Assembly: GCA_017460585.1 (NCBI GenBank)
Contig: JAFUAR010000373.1
Coordinates: 1 to 38,914, forward strand
Length of the DNA stretch: 38,914 nt
Direction of reading: 5' to 3'
Source of the DNA: Clostridia bacterium
Lineage (GTDB): Bacteria; Bacillota; Clostridia; Christensenellales; Aristaeellaceae
A model generated the notes under the pieces. That model was not told where the DNA came from and did not search any database. It saw nothing but the letters and a program-made list of their open reading frames with translations. A program made the translations under genes and the position numbers. This document shows positions 31,610-38,914 of the stretch, piece after piece (position 1 is the first letter of the stretch; each line of letters opens with the position of its first letter).

Positions 31610-34600
31610 ATGGAGAACTTGGAACAGCGCATACGGCAATACGAACCCTTCTTCGGCAGGTGGAAGCTGAACGATCCGCCGGAGATCCTTGGGCGCGGCA
31701 ATTCCGGCGTGGTCTATCGGGTGCACGACCCGGAAAACGCGGCGGACGCGGCGCTCAAGGTCATACCCATACCGAGGGATGAGGGTGTGCTCGAGCAATG
31801 GCGGCGGGAATGCGGCGGTAACGAGAGCATGGTGCGCGCCATGATCGATCAGGAATATCGCTATGCGCAAACTGAGATCGATATTATGCACCGTTTGAAG
31901 AGCGACAGCAATATCGTATGCTTTGAGGATGCGAAAATCTATAAGCGCTCCGATACCTACGGTTACGATGTGGTCATCCGCATGGAGCGGTTGATTCGCT
32001 TGGACAGCTTTTTTCAGAATCCGGGCAAATACGGCTATGGTCACAATATGGAGACCTACCTGATTATCTGGATGCACTTAACCCGCGGTTTGGCGTTCTG
32101 CGAGCGCAGCGGCATTGTCCATTTGGATATCAAGCCGGACAATATATTCTATGCCGAACCCTCCCGAGACGCGTTCAAGGTGGGCGATTTCGGCGTGTCC
32201 ATTCGCAGCGATAACGGCAAGTCTGTGGGCGTGGGCATGGTGGTCGGCACGCGCGATTATATGGCTCCCGAAGTGTATCGCGGCGAGGGCGGCGATATTC
32301 GTTCGGATATTTACAGCCTCGGCGTGGTGATGTACAGCCTGTTCAACGGCGATCGTTTGCCCTTTTTGCCCGCGCACGGTCGAGTGAGCGAGGAGGACAA
32401 CAACGTAGCGCGAGATCAGCGGCTTTCCGGAAAGGAGGTACCGCCCATTAAGGGAATGGATCCGCTGCTTTCGGAAATATTGCTCAAGTGCCTGCGCTAT
32501 CGCCCGCAGGATCGCTACCAGAGCATGGAGACCCTGAACAACGATATTACCCGTTACTACTATATGTGGCTGGATGAGGGCGGCAAGCGCGGCGGCGCGG
32601 GCGGTTCCTCGCGGACGCTTCCCATCGTAATCGGCACGGCGGCGGTCGGTCTGGTGAGCATCATCGCGTTCATACTGTGGCAGATGCTGCATTCCGGATC
32701 GGGTTCTGTAGAGCAGGAGCAGCCTACCGCAACGCCGATGGATGAAAACACCGCGCGGCCCACGGAATTGCTTCCGGAGCCCACCGCGCAGGAGGAAACG
32801 AGCGCGCCGACCGCTTTGCTCGAATCCACCGATACGCCCGAACTCACCGAAGCGCCCACTCCCGCGCCTACGCTCATGCTGAACCCAGATTTTGTCAGCG
32901 CGGGCGAACAAGGCGTGGTGGTGATGAACGCCGACAATCGAAACGATCCCATCACGCTGTACGGCGCGGCGGGCAGCTCGCTAATGGGCGCGTGGATGTT
33001 CGAAGGGCAGCTGGTCAAATCCGAATTTGTTGAATTCGATGAGAGAGGCGAGGCGACCATTACCGTGCCGTATTCGCAGGACGGCGAATATACGCTGCGC
33101 TGCGGCTATGACGGCGCGAACGCCTCGGAATATGAAACGTTCACCTTCCGGATCGATACCGTAGCGCCGGAACTCACCTTCCTGCACGTACCCTACGCGG
33201 AGGTGGGCAACCAGACGCTTGAGGTGCAAACCGATCCCTATGCCCGCGTGCGCGTGTTCGATGAGGCGGGCAATCCCATTGTGGAAACAACCGATGCCGA
33301 CGAGTACGGCAGGGCAAACATATCCATTGTCGAGCCGTTGGAAAGCGACGCGACCTATTTCGTGCGCGCGCAGGATAGCGCGGGCAATGCCAGCGCTTCG
33401 TTCAGCGCATCCATACCGCCGGTTATGCTGTCGCTCGCGCATCCGGTCTCCATGGGCGATACTGAAATTGAGATTCTGACCGACGCGCATAATGACATTA
33501 CCGTGACCAACGGCGAGCAGTATATGGTGACCCCGATCGGCGACGACGATGGCGACGGCGCGGTACTGTGGAGCTTGGACGCGCCCGCGGGGTTTGGCGA
33601 TACGTACTACATCAGCGCCATTACGCCCGATGGACGCGTGCATATGATCTCGGCACAGGTGGAGACGTGGCGAAGGATCGAGCTGGAGGAGATTAACCGA
33701 GCCGAGGCGGAGCACAGCCGCAGCATACAGGTTAACGGCGTTGCGCAGCCCAATCAGGAGGTCGTGCTCACGTGGAAGGGTACTGCGGTGGAAGCCGCCC
33801 GCAGGCGCGCGGACGGCGAAGGTGCGTTTTCCATTGAGCTGAATCCCGAGGATTGCGGCGTAGACCCGTCTGGCGATGTTGGCGCCATCGGCGCGGTGTA
33901 CGCCGGCGCGGAGGGCGAAGCGGCGACTGCGGCGGAGCCCATTGAGGACGTTCAGTGGAGCCCTGAGGCGAACGCTTCCATCCCCGCCGCCGTGGGTGAA
34001 GGCGATTTGGAGTTGCGAATTATCGCGCCGGAAGCTGAGCGTGTAACGGTAAACGGTTCCGAGGCGGGCTTGGAGCACGAGGAAGGCTCGAGCGAGTATT
34101 ACTACCGGCCGGAGGGCGGCGCGTTCGATCCGGATGTGGAATATGTGGTTTCCGTGCGCGATGCGGCGGGTTACGAAAAGACGCAGTCCGTCGTGGTGGA
34201 TATGCTGGAGCGCGTACCCATTCAGATGGCATTGGGGCAAGGCTATTTATCGGAAGGGAAACGGTTTATCGGCGAAAAAATGACCGTTCGCGCCGAGGCG
34301 TCGCCCGGGCGGGAAATTGAAATAGCGTGGATTGATCACAAAGATGACTCCATTCTGCTATGGACCGGCGAGGCGGACGAAAATGGCAATATCAGGGCGC
34401 AAATCGACGCGGGCATTGTATTTGGGAATAGCGGAGATAACGTATACCTGAAATCGGGCACGATTCGCGTAGCGTATGCGGGCAGTGTAGCGCAGGATAA
34501 CGCGGCGAAGCTCAGTATTCGCTGGTATCTGCGACCTGTATTAACCATTCGCCCCAATACGGTTACCGAAACGACTGAACAGTTAATCGTCAGCGCAAAT

Positions 34601-37600
34601 ACTGGCGCGACGGTATCCGCGTATATCAACGGAACACTCGTGGTCAATGACGATGCGCTGGACGCCTACGATACGGCGAAGATTTTGCTCGAAGAGATAA
34701 AAGCAGGCGACGAAATCGTTGTGCGCGTCGAACTGGTAGACGACGAAGGCAACGTGCTGTCGCGTGAATCTGAGCCCATGGTGGTTCAGGAGGTCGAACG
34801 GCAGCCCATTACGCTTCAAACGGATGAGGAGGCGCGCGGCGACCAATTGCGCGGTACGTTCTCGGCGGAGCCCGGTTGCGCTGTGGCGCTCTATTGGAAC
34901 GGCGAATGGATTTCTTCATTTGAAGCGGAAGAAGGCGATACGCGTTTCTTCGTTATGGAGGAAGAGATTGGCGATTTCGTTGAAACCGAGGGTTGGCTAT
35001 CCGCGCGTTACGCGGACGGCAAGGCGGAGAGCGCAGCGTCGGAAGGCACATATGTGCACTGGATTTCGCGTACGGAGCTGGAGCTGCTGACCGACGATGT
35101 GACCGAGGATGATTCTACCATTATCGTTCATACGGGAAAGGATGCGCACGTCAACGTCGTGATTGGCAATACCGATCTTGGCGAGCGCGAAGCGGACGAC
35201 TCCGGCAATTTCGTGTGGAATTTAGAGGAGCTTGGCGTACGTTTGCGCGTAGGAGATCGAATTGAATACACCGCGTATGATGATTACGGCAATTCCGCAA
35301 CCATTACCGACACAGTGCAGGCATCCTCGCGCGAAGAAATTCGAGCAACCATTAAAAACCTGCAGGGCGGCATGATCGTGGGCGGAGCGGCGAAGCTGAG
35401 CGGCAGCGCAAGCCCCAATTATGAGCTGCAGGCGTATTGGAACGATATGCCGGTGGGCGGAATCATTCGAACCGATTCGCAGGGCGATTTCAGCGCGGTG
35501 CTGTCGGAAAACGAAATTCAGGGCGGTGGCACGCTCTATCTGAGGTATGCGGATGGTCTGGGCAACAGCCGTCAGTTCAGCGTGCCGATTACCGGTTTGG
35601 TGGGCGAGCTGGAGGAAGCGCGGCTGGAAGAGCCGATTTATGAGGACGCCGAGCAACTCGCGGTGCATACCGCCTCGGGCGCGCAGGTGGATTTCTATCT
35701 GAACGGCAGACTGATGGGCAGCGCAACCGCCAATGGCGACGGCGTTGCGGTTTACGATTTGGCGGGACAGGCGCTGAGCGCGGACGACCGAATCTATGCC
35801 ATCGCCTCAGATGGATACACGAAGAAACGCGGCGATCAGGTGCTGGTGCAGCCCGAGGAGCGTATGCCCATCGATATTACGGTGCGCGCTGTGTCTTCAG
35901 AGGGGCGCGTGTACGATGAAAGTATGCTGGTAATCGTATGGGCGCAAATGAATAAGGGCATTGAGGTGCTGTGGAACGACGTTCCGATCGAGTGGACGCA
36001 GACCAGCGTGTACAATGAGAACAACGTCGCCATACGCATCGATATGCCGCAGAATTTCGAACAGGGCTGGGGCACGCTGACCGTGCGCTACGCGGACGGC
36101 AAGGGCGAAGCGGCAGTGCAGGACGTGGATTGGAGACTCAATGTAGAGCTTCCCGTATCCATCGATACACTGAGCGAGGATAGCGCTACGCTGACCGTGC
36201 ATGGTCCCGTAGGCGCGGTTGTGCGGCTGGAGGATGCGAACGGCGCATTTGTTGCCGATGGTTTGCTTCGCGCCTTGGATTCGACCGGCGAAGGAATGTG
36301 GAAGTATCCGACCGCGCAGGGCTTTACGGAGGGCGAAGTCTATCGCGCCATCGTGACCGATGGAGAGGGCAACGAAGGCAGCGCCACCGCGCGCGTGGAA
36401 GCCTCGCAGCTGGCGTTTATTGAGGCGCGGGTCGGCGGAGGCGATTTCCTGCTGCCTATCGAGATCAACGCCGAGCCGAACAGCGAAGTTGTGTTGCGGG
36501 TCAATGGCGCGGTGAACGCGGTGGCGAGCATTGGCGGCGACGGCAGCGCAAATATAGCCCTTGCGCCGAACGGAGCAATGGTGAACCATACGCAAACGGT
36601 CTCCATTTCTGTGGAGTATGCCGACAATGTGGCGCGCAGCCGCGCGACCGAGGTTGTTCAGGAATGGACGCCTTTGCTCACCGTGCGCCTGAGCAGCGAG
36701 GAAATTCCTGCTGAGAAGCACCAGATTGAGGTATTTGCGCCCGTTGTAGACGGCGTTGCGGTGTTTGGAGAGCTGGGCGGAGAGGTGCGCCAAGCGAGTT
36801 ATTCGCGCGGAAACGGCGCCTATCTGCTCGATTTGGGCGATGAGGTCTCCGCGGGCGAAACCGTGACCATTTGGGCGGAATACGACGGCGCTGAAAGCGA
36901 ACGCGTGGAAGCGCACATTGCCCGCAGAAGCATTGCCGCGATTATTACCGGCAAAGAGCTGAACACGCCGACGGTCGAATTGATGGGATACGCACAGCGC
37001 AATTCTTCCATTCAGGTCGCGGCGCAATTTGAGGGCGTCGCTCCGGAAGAAACCGCCGTATACGTGCAGTTGGAAAATAGCGATACCTTCCAAACGAGTC
37101 TTGATTTGGCGTTTGTACCCTTGAGAAGCGGCGATTATCCGTTTACGCTGGTCGCGCGGTACGAGGGCGAGAGCGAATGGCTGGAGGTGGGCAGCGCGAG
37201 CTATGTGCTGCACGCCGACCTTCCAGAGGAACCTGTTTTACTCACCGCGCCGATTACAGCGGACGATGCGGGCGTGGTCTACGCGGTGTCGGATGATGTG
37301 CGCTACGCGAGGCTTTTCCTCAATGGAGTGCCAGAGAGTTCGATCGAGCTGACGGAAGGGACGACTACCGCGCAGTTCGATGTGGAGCTGCGCGAGGGCG
37401 ATGAGATTGAAGTGCTGCTGTATAATGAAGCAGGATGGTATATCGTGAGCGAGCCTGTATGGGTCGGCGCGGCGGCAACGCCCGCGCCCACAGATACGCC
37501 GATTCTCACACCGGAACCTACGGCAATACCCACGCTAGAACCCACAGCGGTACCTACGCCGATTCCCACGGCGGTACCTACGCCGATTCCTACGGCAGTA

Positions 37601-38683
37601 CCTACGCCCATTCCCACGCAAGCGCCTACTCCGATGCCGACTGAGGCGCCCACGCCGGAGCCTACGGCGGTACCCACGCCCGTGCCTACGGAGCAGCCTA
37701 CGCAGGTTCCTTTCACGGAAGCGCCTGCGCCGACGAGCGTGCCGTTGGCGCCCCAGTCCGATCTGGACGGCGCAATTGAGATCATCAACAACTTCCTGCC
37801 GGTGGGCTCCGATTTGGATATTGTAGGTCAATATAGCGGAGACGTTCGCCAAAAGGAACTCACGCTGTATGCGCAAGATATCGGCAAGGAACTGCTGCCG
37901 AGCAGCGTTGAATGGAATGGGAATAGCTTCCACATGACTGTGAAGACGGTTGGTCTGCCGGAGGGAATGCATTCCGTCTATTTGGCGGCGTATGATTGGG
38001 GTACGGATAGCTATACGCAGCTTTCCAATACGCAGCCGTTCTCGCTGTATCCGGAAAACGTTACCTCCGAACCCACGGCTTCCCCCGTACCTACGCCCAT
38101 TCCCATCCAAAAGGATGTGCCCGATGCCGAAGCGTACGTGCTGGGCGGTTTTGTGAACGGCATGGAAATCGATCCGTTTGCCGCGGGCGTAGACGTGCCG
38201 GAGAATACCGCGTTCCGACCGGATCAGCTGTTGCTGACCATGTGGATTTATAAATCCTACGATTTTGCGCCCTCCATCGGCGATATTACGGTGCTGGATG
38301 CAAATGACAACGCGGTCGCGCATATCCCAATGGATGTGGAGCAGGATACTAAAAATTATAATCCTGCAATCGTTCAGCCCAATATAGCCTTTAGAACCTA
38401 TCGCAATACGCAGGGCTTGAATTATGAAAGCCTGAATAAAGTGCGGGATAAGGTGACGAATGAAAACGATGTTGAGGCGGGCATGATTCTTTGGCTCGAT
38501 CTCACGCAGGCGAACGCAAACCTGCCGGACGGCAAGTATACGCTGCGTATCAATGTACATGTGTCGGGCGAGCCGGTATATGTGGACGCTCCGGTACAGC
38601 TGGTGGGCGTATGGCCCGAGCGCGATATGCGGGCGGATATTCAACAGATCGTGAACGAATGGGAGAGCGAACAACCGGAATAA
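31610..38683 (+). CDS. Giant Hanks-type Ser/Thr protein kinase: cytoplasmic kinase domain, one TM and a ~2000-aa ectodomain (2357 aa)
   Basis: Motifs LGRGNSGVVYRV (Gly loop), AALKVIP (Lys), HLDIKPDN (catalytic loop, non-RD; Asp codon 32126-32128), VGDFGVS and GTRDYMAPE. TM LPIVIGTAAVGLVSIIAFILWQML (about 32615-32686). The ectodomain has about 8 A-B module pairs, a PT linker and a ~310-aa terminal domain, with no PASTA repeats. AAGGAG RBS present. Confidence 0.92.
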   Translation: MENLEQRIRQYEPFFGRWKLNDPPEILGRGNSGVVYRVHDPENAADAALKVIPIPRDEGVLEQWRRECGGNESMVRAMIDQEYRYAQTEIDIMHRLKSDSNIVCFEDAKIYKRSDTYGYDVVIRMERLIRLDSFFQNPGKYGYGHNMETYLIIWMHLTRGLAFCERSGIVHLDIKPDNIFYAEPSRDAFKVGDFGVSIRSDNGKSVGVGMVVGTRDYMAPEVYRGEGGDIRSDIYSLGVVMYSLFNGDRLPFLPAHGRVSEEDNNVARDQRLSGKEVPPIKGMDPLLSEILLKCLRYRPQDRYQSMETLNNDITRYYYMWLDEGGKRGGAGGSSRTLPIVIGTAAVGLVSIIAFILWQMLHSGSGSVEQEQPTATPMDENTARPTELLPEPTAQEETSAPTALLESTDTPELTEAPTPAPTLMLNPDFVSAGEQGVVVMNADNRNDPITLYGAAGSSLMGAWMFEGQLVKSEFVEFDERGEATITVPYSQDGEYTLRCGYDGANASEYETFTFRIDTVAPELTFLHVPYAEVGNQTLEVQTDPYARVRVFDEAGNPIVETTDADEYGRANISIVEPLESDATYFVRAQDSAGNASASFSASIPPVMLSLAHPVSMGDTEIEILTDAHNDITVTNGEQYMVTPIGDDDGDGAVLWSLDAPAGFGDTYYISAITPDGRVHMISAQVETWRRIELEEINRAEAEHSRSIQVNGVAQPNQEVVLTWKGTAVEAARRRADGEGAFSIELNPEDCGVDPSGDVGAIGAVYAGAEGEAATAAEPIEDVQWSPEANASIPAAVGEGDLELRIIAPEAERVTVNGSEAGLEHEEGSSEYYYRPEGGAFDPDVEYVVSVRDAAGYEKTQSVVVDMLERVPIQMALGQGYLSEGKRFIGEKMTVRAEASPGREIEIAWIDHKDDSILLWTGEADENGNIRAQIDAGIVFGNSGDNVYLKSGTIRVAYAGSVAQDNAAKLSIRWYLRPVLTIRPNTVTETTEQLIVSANTGATVSAYINGTLVVNDDALDAYDTAKILLEEIKAGDEIVVRVELVDDEGNVLSRESEPMVVQEVERQPITLQTDEEARGDQLRGTFSAEPGCAVALYWNGEWISSFEAEEGDTRFFVMEEEIGDFVETEGWLSARYADGKAESAASEGTYVHWISRTELELLTDDVTEDDSTIIVHTGKDAHVNVVIGNTDLGEREADDSGNFVWNLEELGVRLRVGDRIEYTAYDDYGNSATITDTVQASSREEIRATIKNLQGGMIVGGAAKLSGSASPNYELQAYWNDMPVGGIIRTDSQGDFSAVLSENEIQGGGTLYLRYADGLGNSRQFSVPITGLVGELEEARLEEPIYEDAEQLAVHTASGAQVDFYLNGRLMGSATANGDGVAVYDLAGQALSADDRIYAIASDGYTKKRGDQVLVQPEERMPIDITVRAVSSEGRVYDESMLVIVWAQMNKGIEVLWNDVPIEWTQTSVYNENNVAIRIDMPQNFEQGWGTLTVRYADGKGEAAVQDVDWRLNVELPVSIDTLSEDSATLTVHGPVGAVVRLEDANGAFVADGLLRALDSTGEGMWKYPTAQGFTEGEVYRAIVTDGEGNEGSATARVEASQLAFIEARVGGGDFLLPIEINAEPNSEVVLRVNGAVNAVASIGGDGSANIALAPNGAMVNHTQTVSISVEYADNVARSRATEVVQEWTPLLTVRLSSEEIPAEKHQIEVFAPVVDGVAVFGELGGEVRQASYSRGNGAYLLDLGDEVSAGETVTIWAEYDGAESERVEAHIARRSIAAIITGKELNTPTVELMGYAQRNSSIQVAAQFEGVAPEETAVYVQLENSDTFQTSLDLAFVPLRSGDYPFTLVARYEGESEWLEVGSASYVLHADLPEEPVLLTAPITADDAGVVYAVSDDVRYARLFLNGVPESSIELTEGTTTAQFDVELREGDEIEVLLYNEAGWYIVSEPVWVGAAATPAPTDTPILTPEPTAIPTLEPTAVPTPIPTAVPTPIPTAVPTPIPTQAPTPMPTEAPTPEPTAVPTPVPTEQPTQVPFTEAPAPTSVPLAPQSDLDGAIEIINNFLPVGSDLDIVGQYSGDVRQKELTLYAQDIGKELLPSSVEWNGNSFHMTVKTVGLPEGMHSVYLAAYDWGTDSYTQLSNTQPFSLYPENVTSEPTASPVPTPIPIQKDVPDAEAYVLGGFVNGMEIDPFAAGVDVPENTAFRPDQLLLTMWIYKSYDFAPSIGDITVLDANDNAVAHIPMDVEQDTKNYNPAIVQPNIAFRTYRNTQGLNYESLNKVRDKVTNENDVEAGMILWLDLTQANANLPDGKYTLRINVHVSGEPVYVDAPVQLVGVWPERDMRADIQQIVNEWESEQPE
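37544..37615 (+). repeat. Three tandem 24-nt repeats encoding (TAVPTPIP)n within the kinase distal PT linker
   Basis: acagcggtacctacgccgattccc (37544-37567), acggcggtacctacgccgattcct (37568-37591) and acggcagtacctacgcccattccc (37592-37615). Confidence 0.85.
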
Positions 38684-38690
38684 ACAATCT

Positions 38691-38727
38691 AAAAAAATGG
38701 GGCTGGAGGTTCAAATTGACCTCCAGC
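38691..38727. terminator. Intrinsic terminator; canonical on the minus strand, and it also ends the plus-strand kinase operon
   Basis: 9-bp stem GCTGGAGGT (38702-38710) / ACCTCCAGC (38719-38727). On the minus strand the hairpin is followed by CCCATTTTTTT (A-run 38691-38697 on plus). The plus strand has no U-tract. Confidence 0.65.
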
Positions 38728-38734
38728 ATTACTA

Positions 38735-38914
38735 TTCACCCATGGGGGTGTCGGGGGTCGCAATCCCCGACTTTCAATCCGCAGCGGCGGCGTGTACGCC
38801 GCGAGGACGCGGACCAAGTGTCCGCTTCCTTGCAGGTTTTGCGCCCGAAAACCGTGCAGCGGTTTTAGCAAAACCTGAGGGGGTGGCAGTGGCGGGGGAC
38901 GTGTCCCCCGTCCA
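38735..38914 (+). other. GC-rich non-coding segment with a dense series of nested hairpins; unassigned structured RNA or repeat element, truncated by the window edge
   Basis: Hairpins are GTCGGGG-N8-CCCCGAC, GCGGCG-TGTA-CGCCGC and GCGAGGACGCGGAC-CAAGT-GTCCGCTTCCTTGC. A fourth is CAGGTTTTGC...[AAAACCG-TGCAG-CGGTTTT]...GCAAAACCTG, and a fifth is CGGGGGA-CGTG-TCCCCCG. No credible ORF overlaps the region. Confidence 0.25.

Noticed and set aside
30141-38674. Minus-strand ORFs 30141..31598, 31574..32077, 32078..32911, 32981..34240, 35897..37213 and 37535..38674
   Set aside because: They are antisense to the PP2C and kinase genes, which have complete catalytic motifs. Their composition is shadow-frame and none has an RBS.
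38735-38914. Possible tmRNA 3' end, tRNA, SRP RNA, or cobalamin riboswitch (GCCACTG B12-box-like string on the minus strand; AACCTGA TPP-like string on the plus strand)
   Set aside because: There is no T-arm with a 7-nt TTCGA-type loop, no CCA-ended acceptor, no GGAA-tetraloop SRP domain IV, and none of the other core boxes of the B12 or TPP riboswitches. A minus-strand riboswitch would also have no downstream gene to regulate. The region is left unassigned.
1-38914. Search for transposases, integrases, phage genes, tRNA/rRNA genes or flanking direct repeats that would mark the island as a mobile element
   Set aside because: No ORF shows DDE, tyrosine- or serine-recombinase or phage signatures, and no tRNA-like sequence was found at the borders. 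Mobility of the island cannot be supported from this window.

Overview
GC-rich (about 55-60% by eye) Firmicutes-style segment with GGAGG-type ribosome-binding sites and a clostridial-looking glnA. The left edge holds the 5' part of glnA (minus strand) with a consensus promoter. The remaining ~37 kb is a single accessory island in three transcription blocks. (i) Plus strand 1365-6606: a type VII secretion (T7SSb-like) substrate operon with five WXG100/ESAT-6-like genes, including two paralogous small-helical-protein cassettes. It also encodes a 562-aa effector with a Gly-rich C-terminal domain, a two-TM immunity-like protein and a DUF4176 protein. (ii) Minus strand 14945-6671: two membrane FHA proteins, EssC (1632 aa, FHA + 3 FtsK/SpoIIIE ATPase domains), a LytTR regulator with a degenerate receiver, a 158-aa unknown and EsaB/YukD. 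(iii) Plus strand 15173-38683, divergent from (ii): a 1311-aa secreted repeat protein, a membrane RCC1-like propeller and two ~1000-aa single-pass proteins ending in cytoplasmic FHA domains (one with an extracellular vWA head). These are followed by a 1354-aa single-pass surface protein, a membrane-anchored PP2C phosphatase and a 2357-aa Hanks Ser/Thr kinase with a ~2000-aa ectodomain. I could not recognise EssB, EsaA or EssA. The main finding is a T7SS apparently wired to a transmembrane kinase/phosphatase/FHA array: five canonical-looking FHA domains (including one in EssC itself) plus one Arg->Gln variant. No rRNA, tRNA, CRISPR, transposase or integrase was recognised. Most long opposite-strand ORFs in the track are GC-driven shadow frames. 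All family calls come from motif reading by eye and need HMM or structure confirmation.
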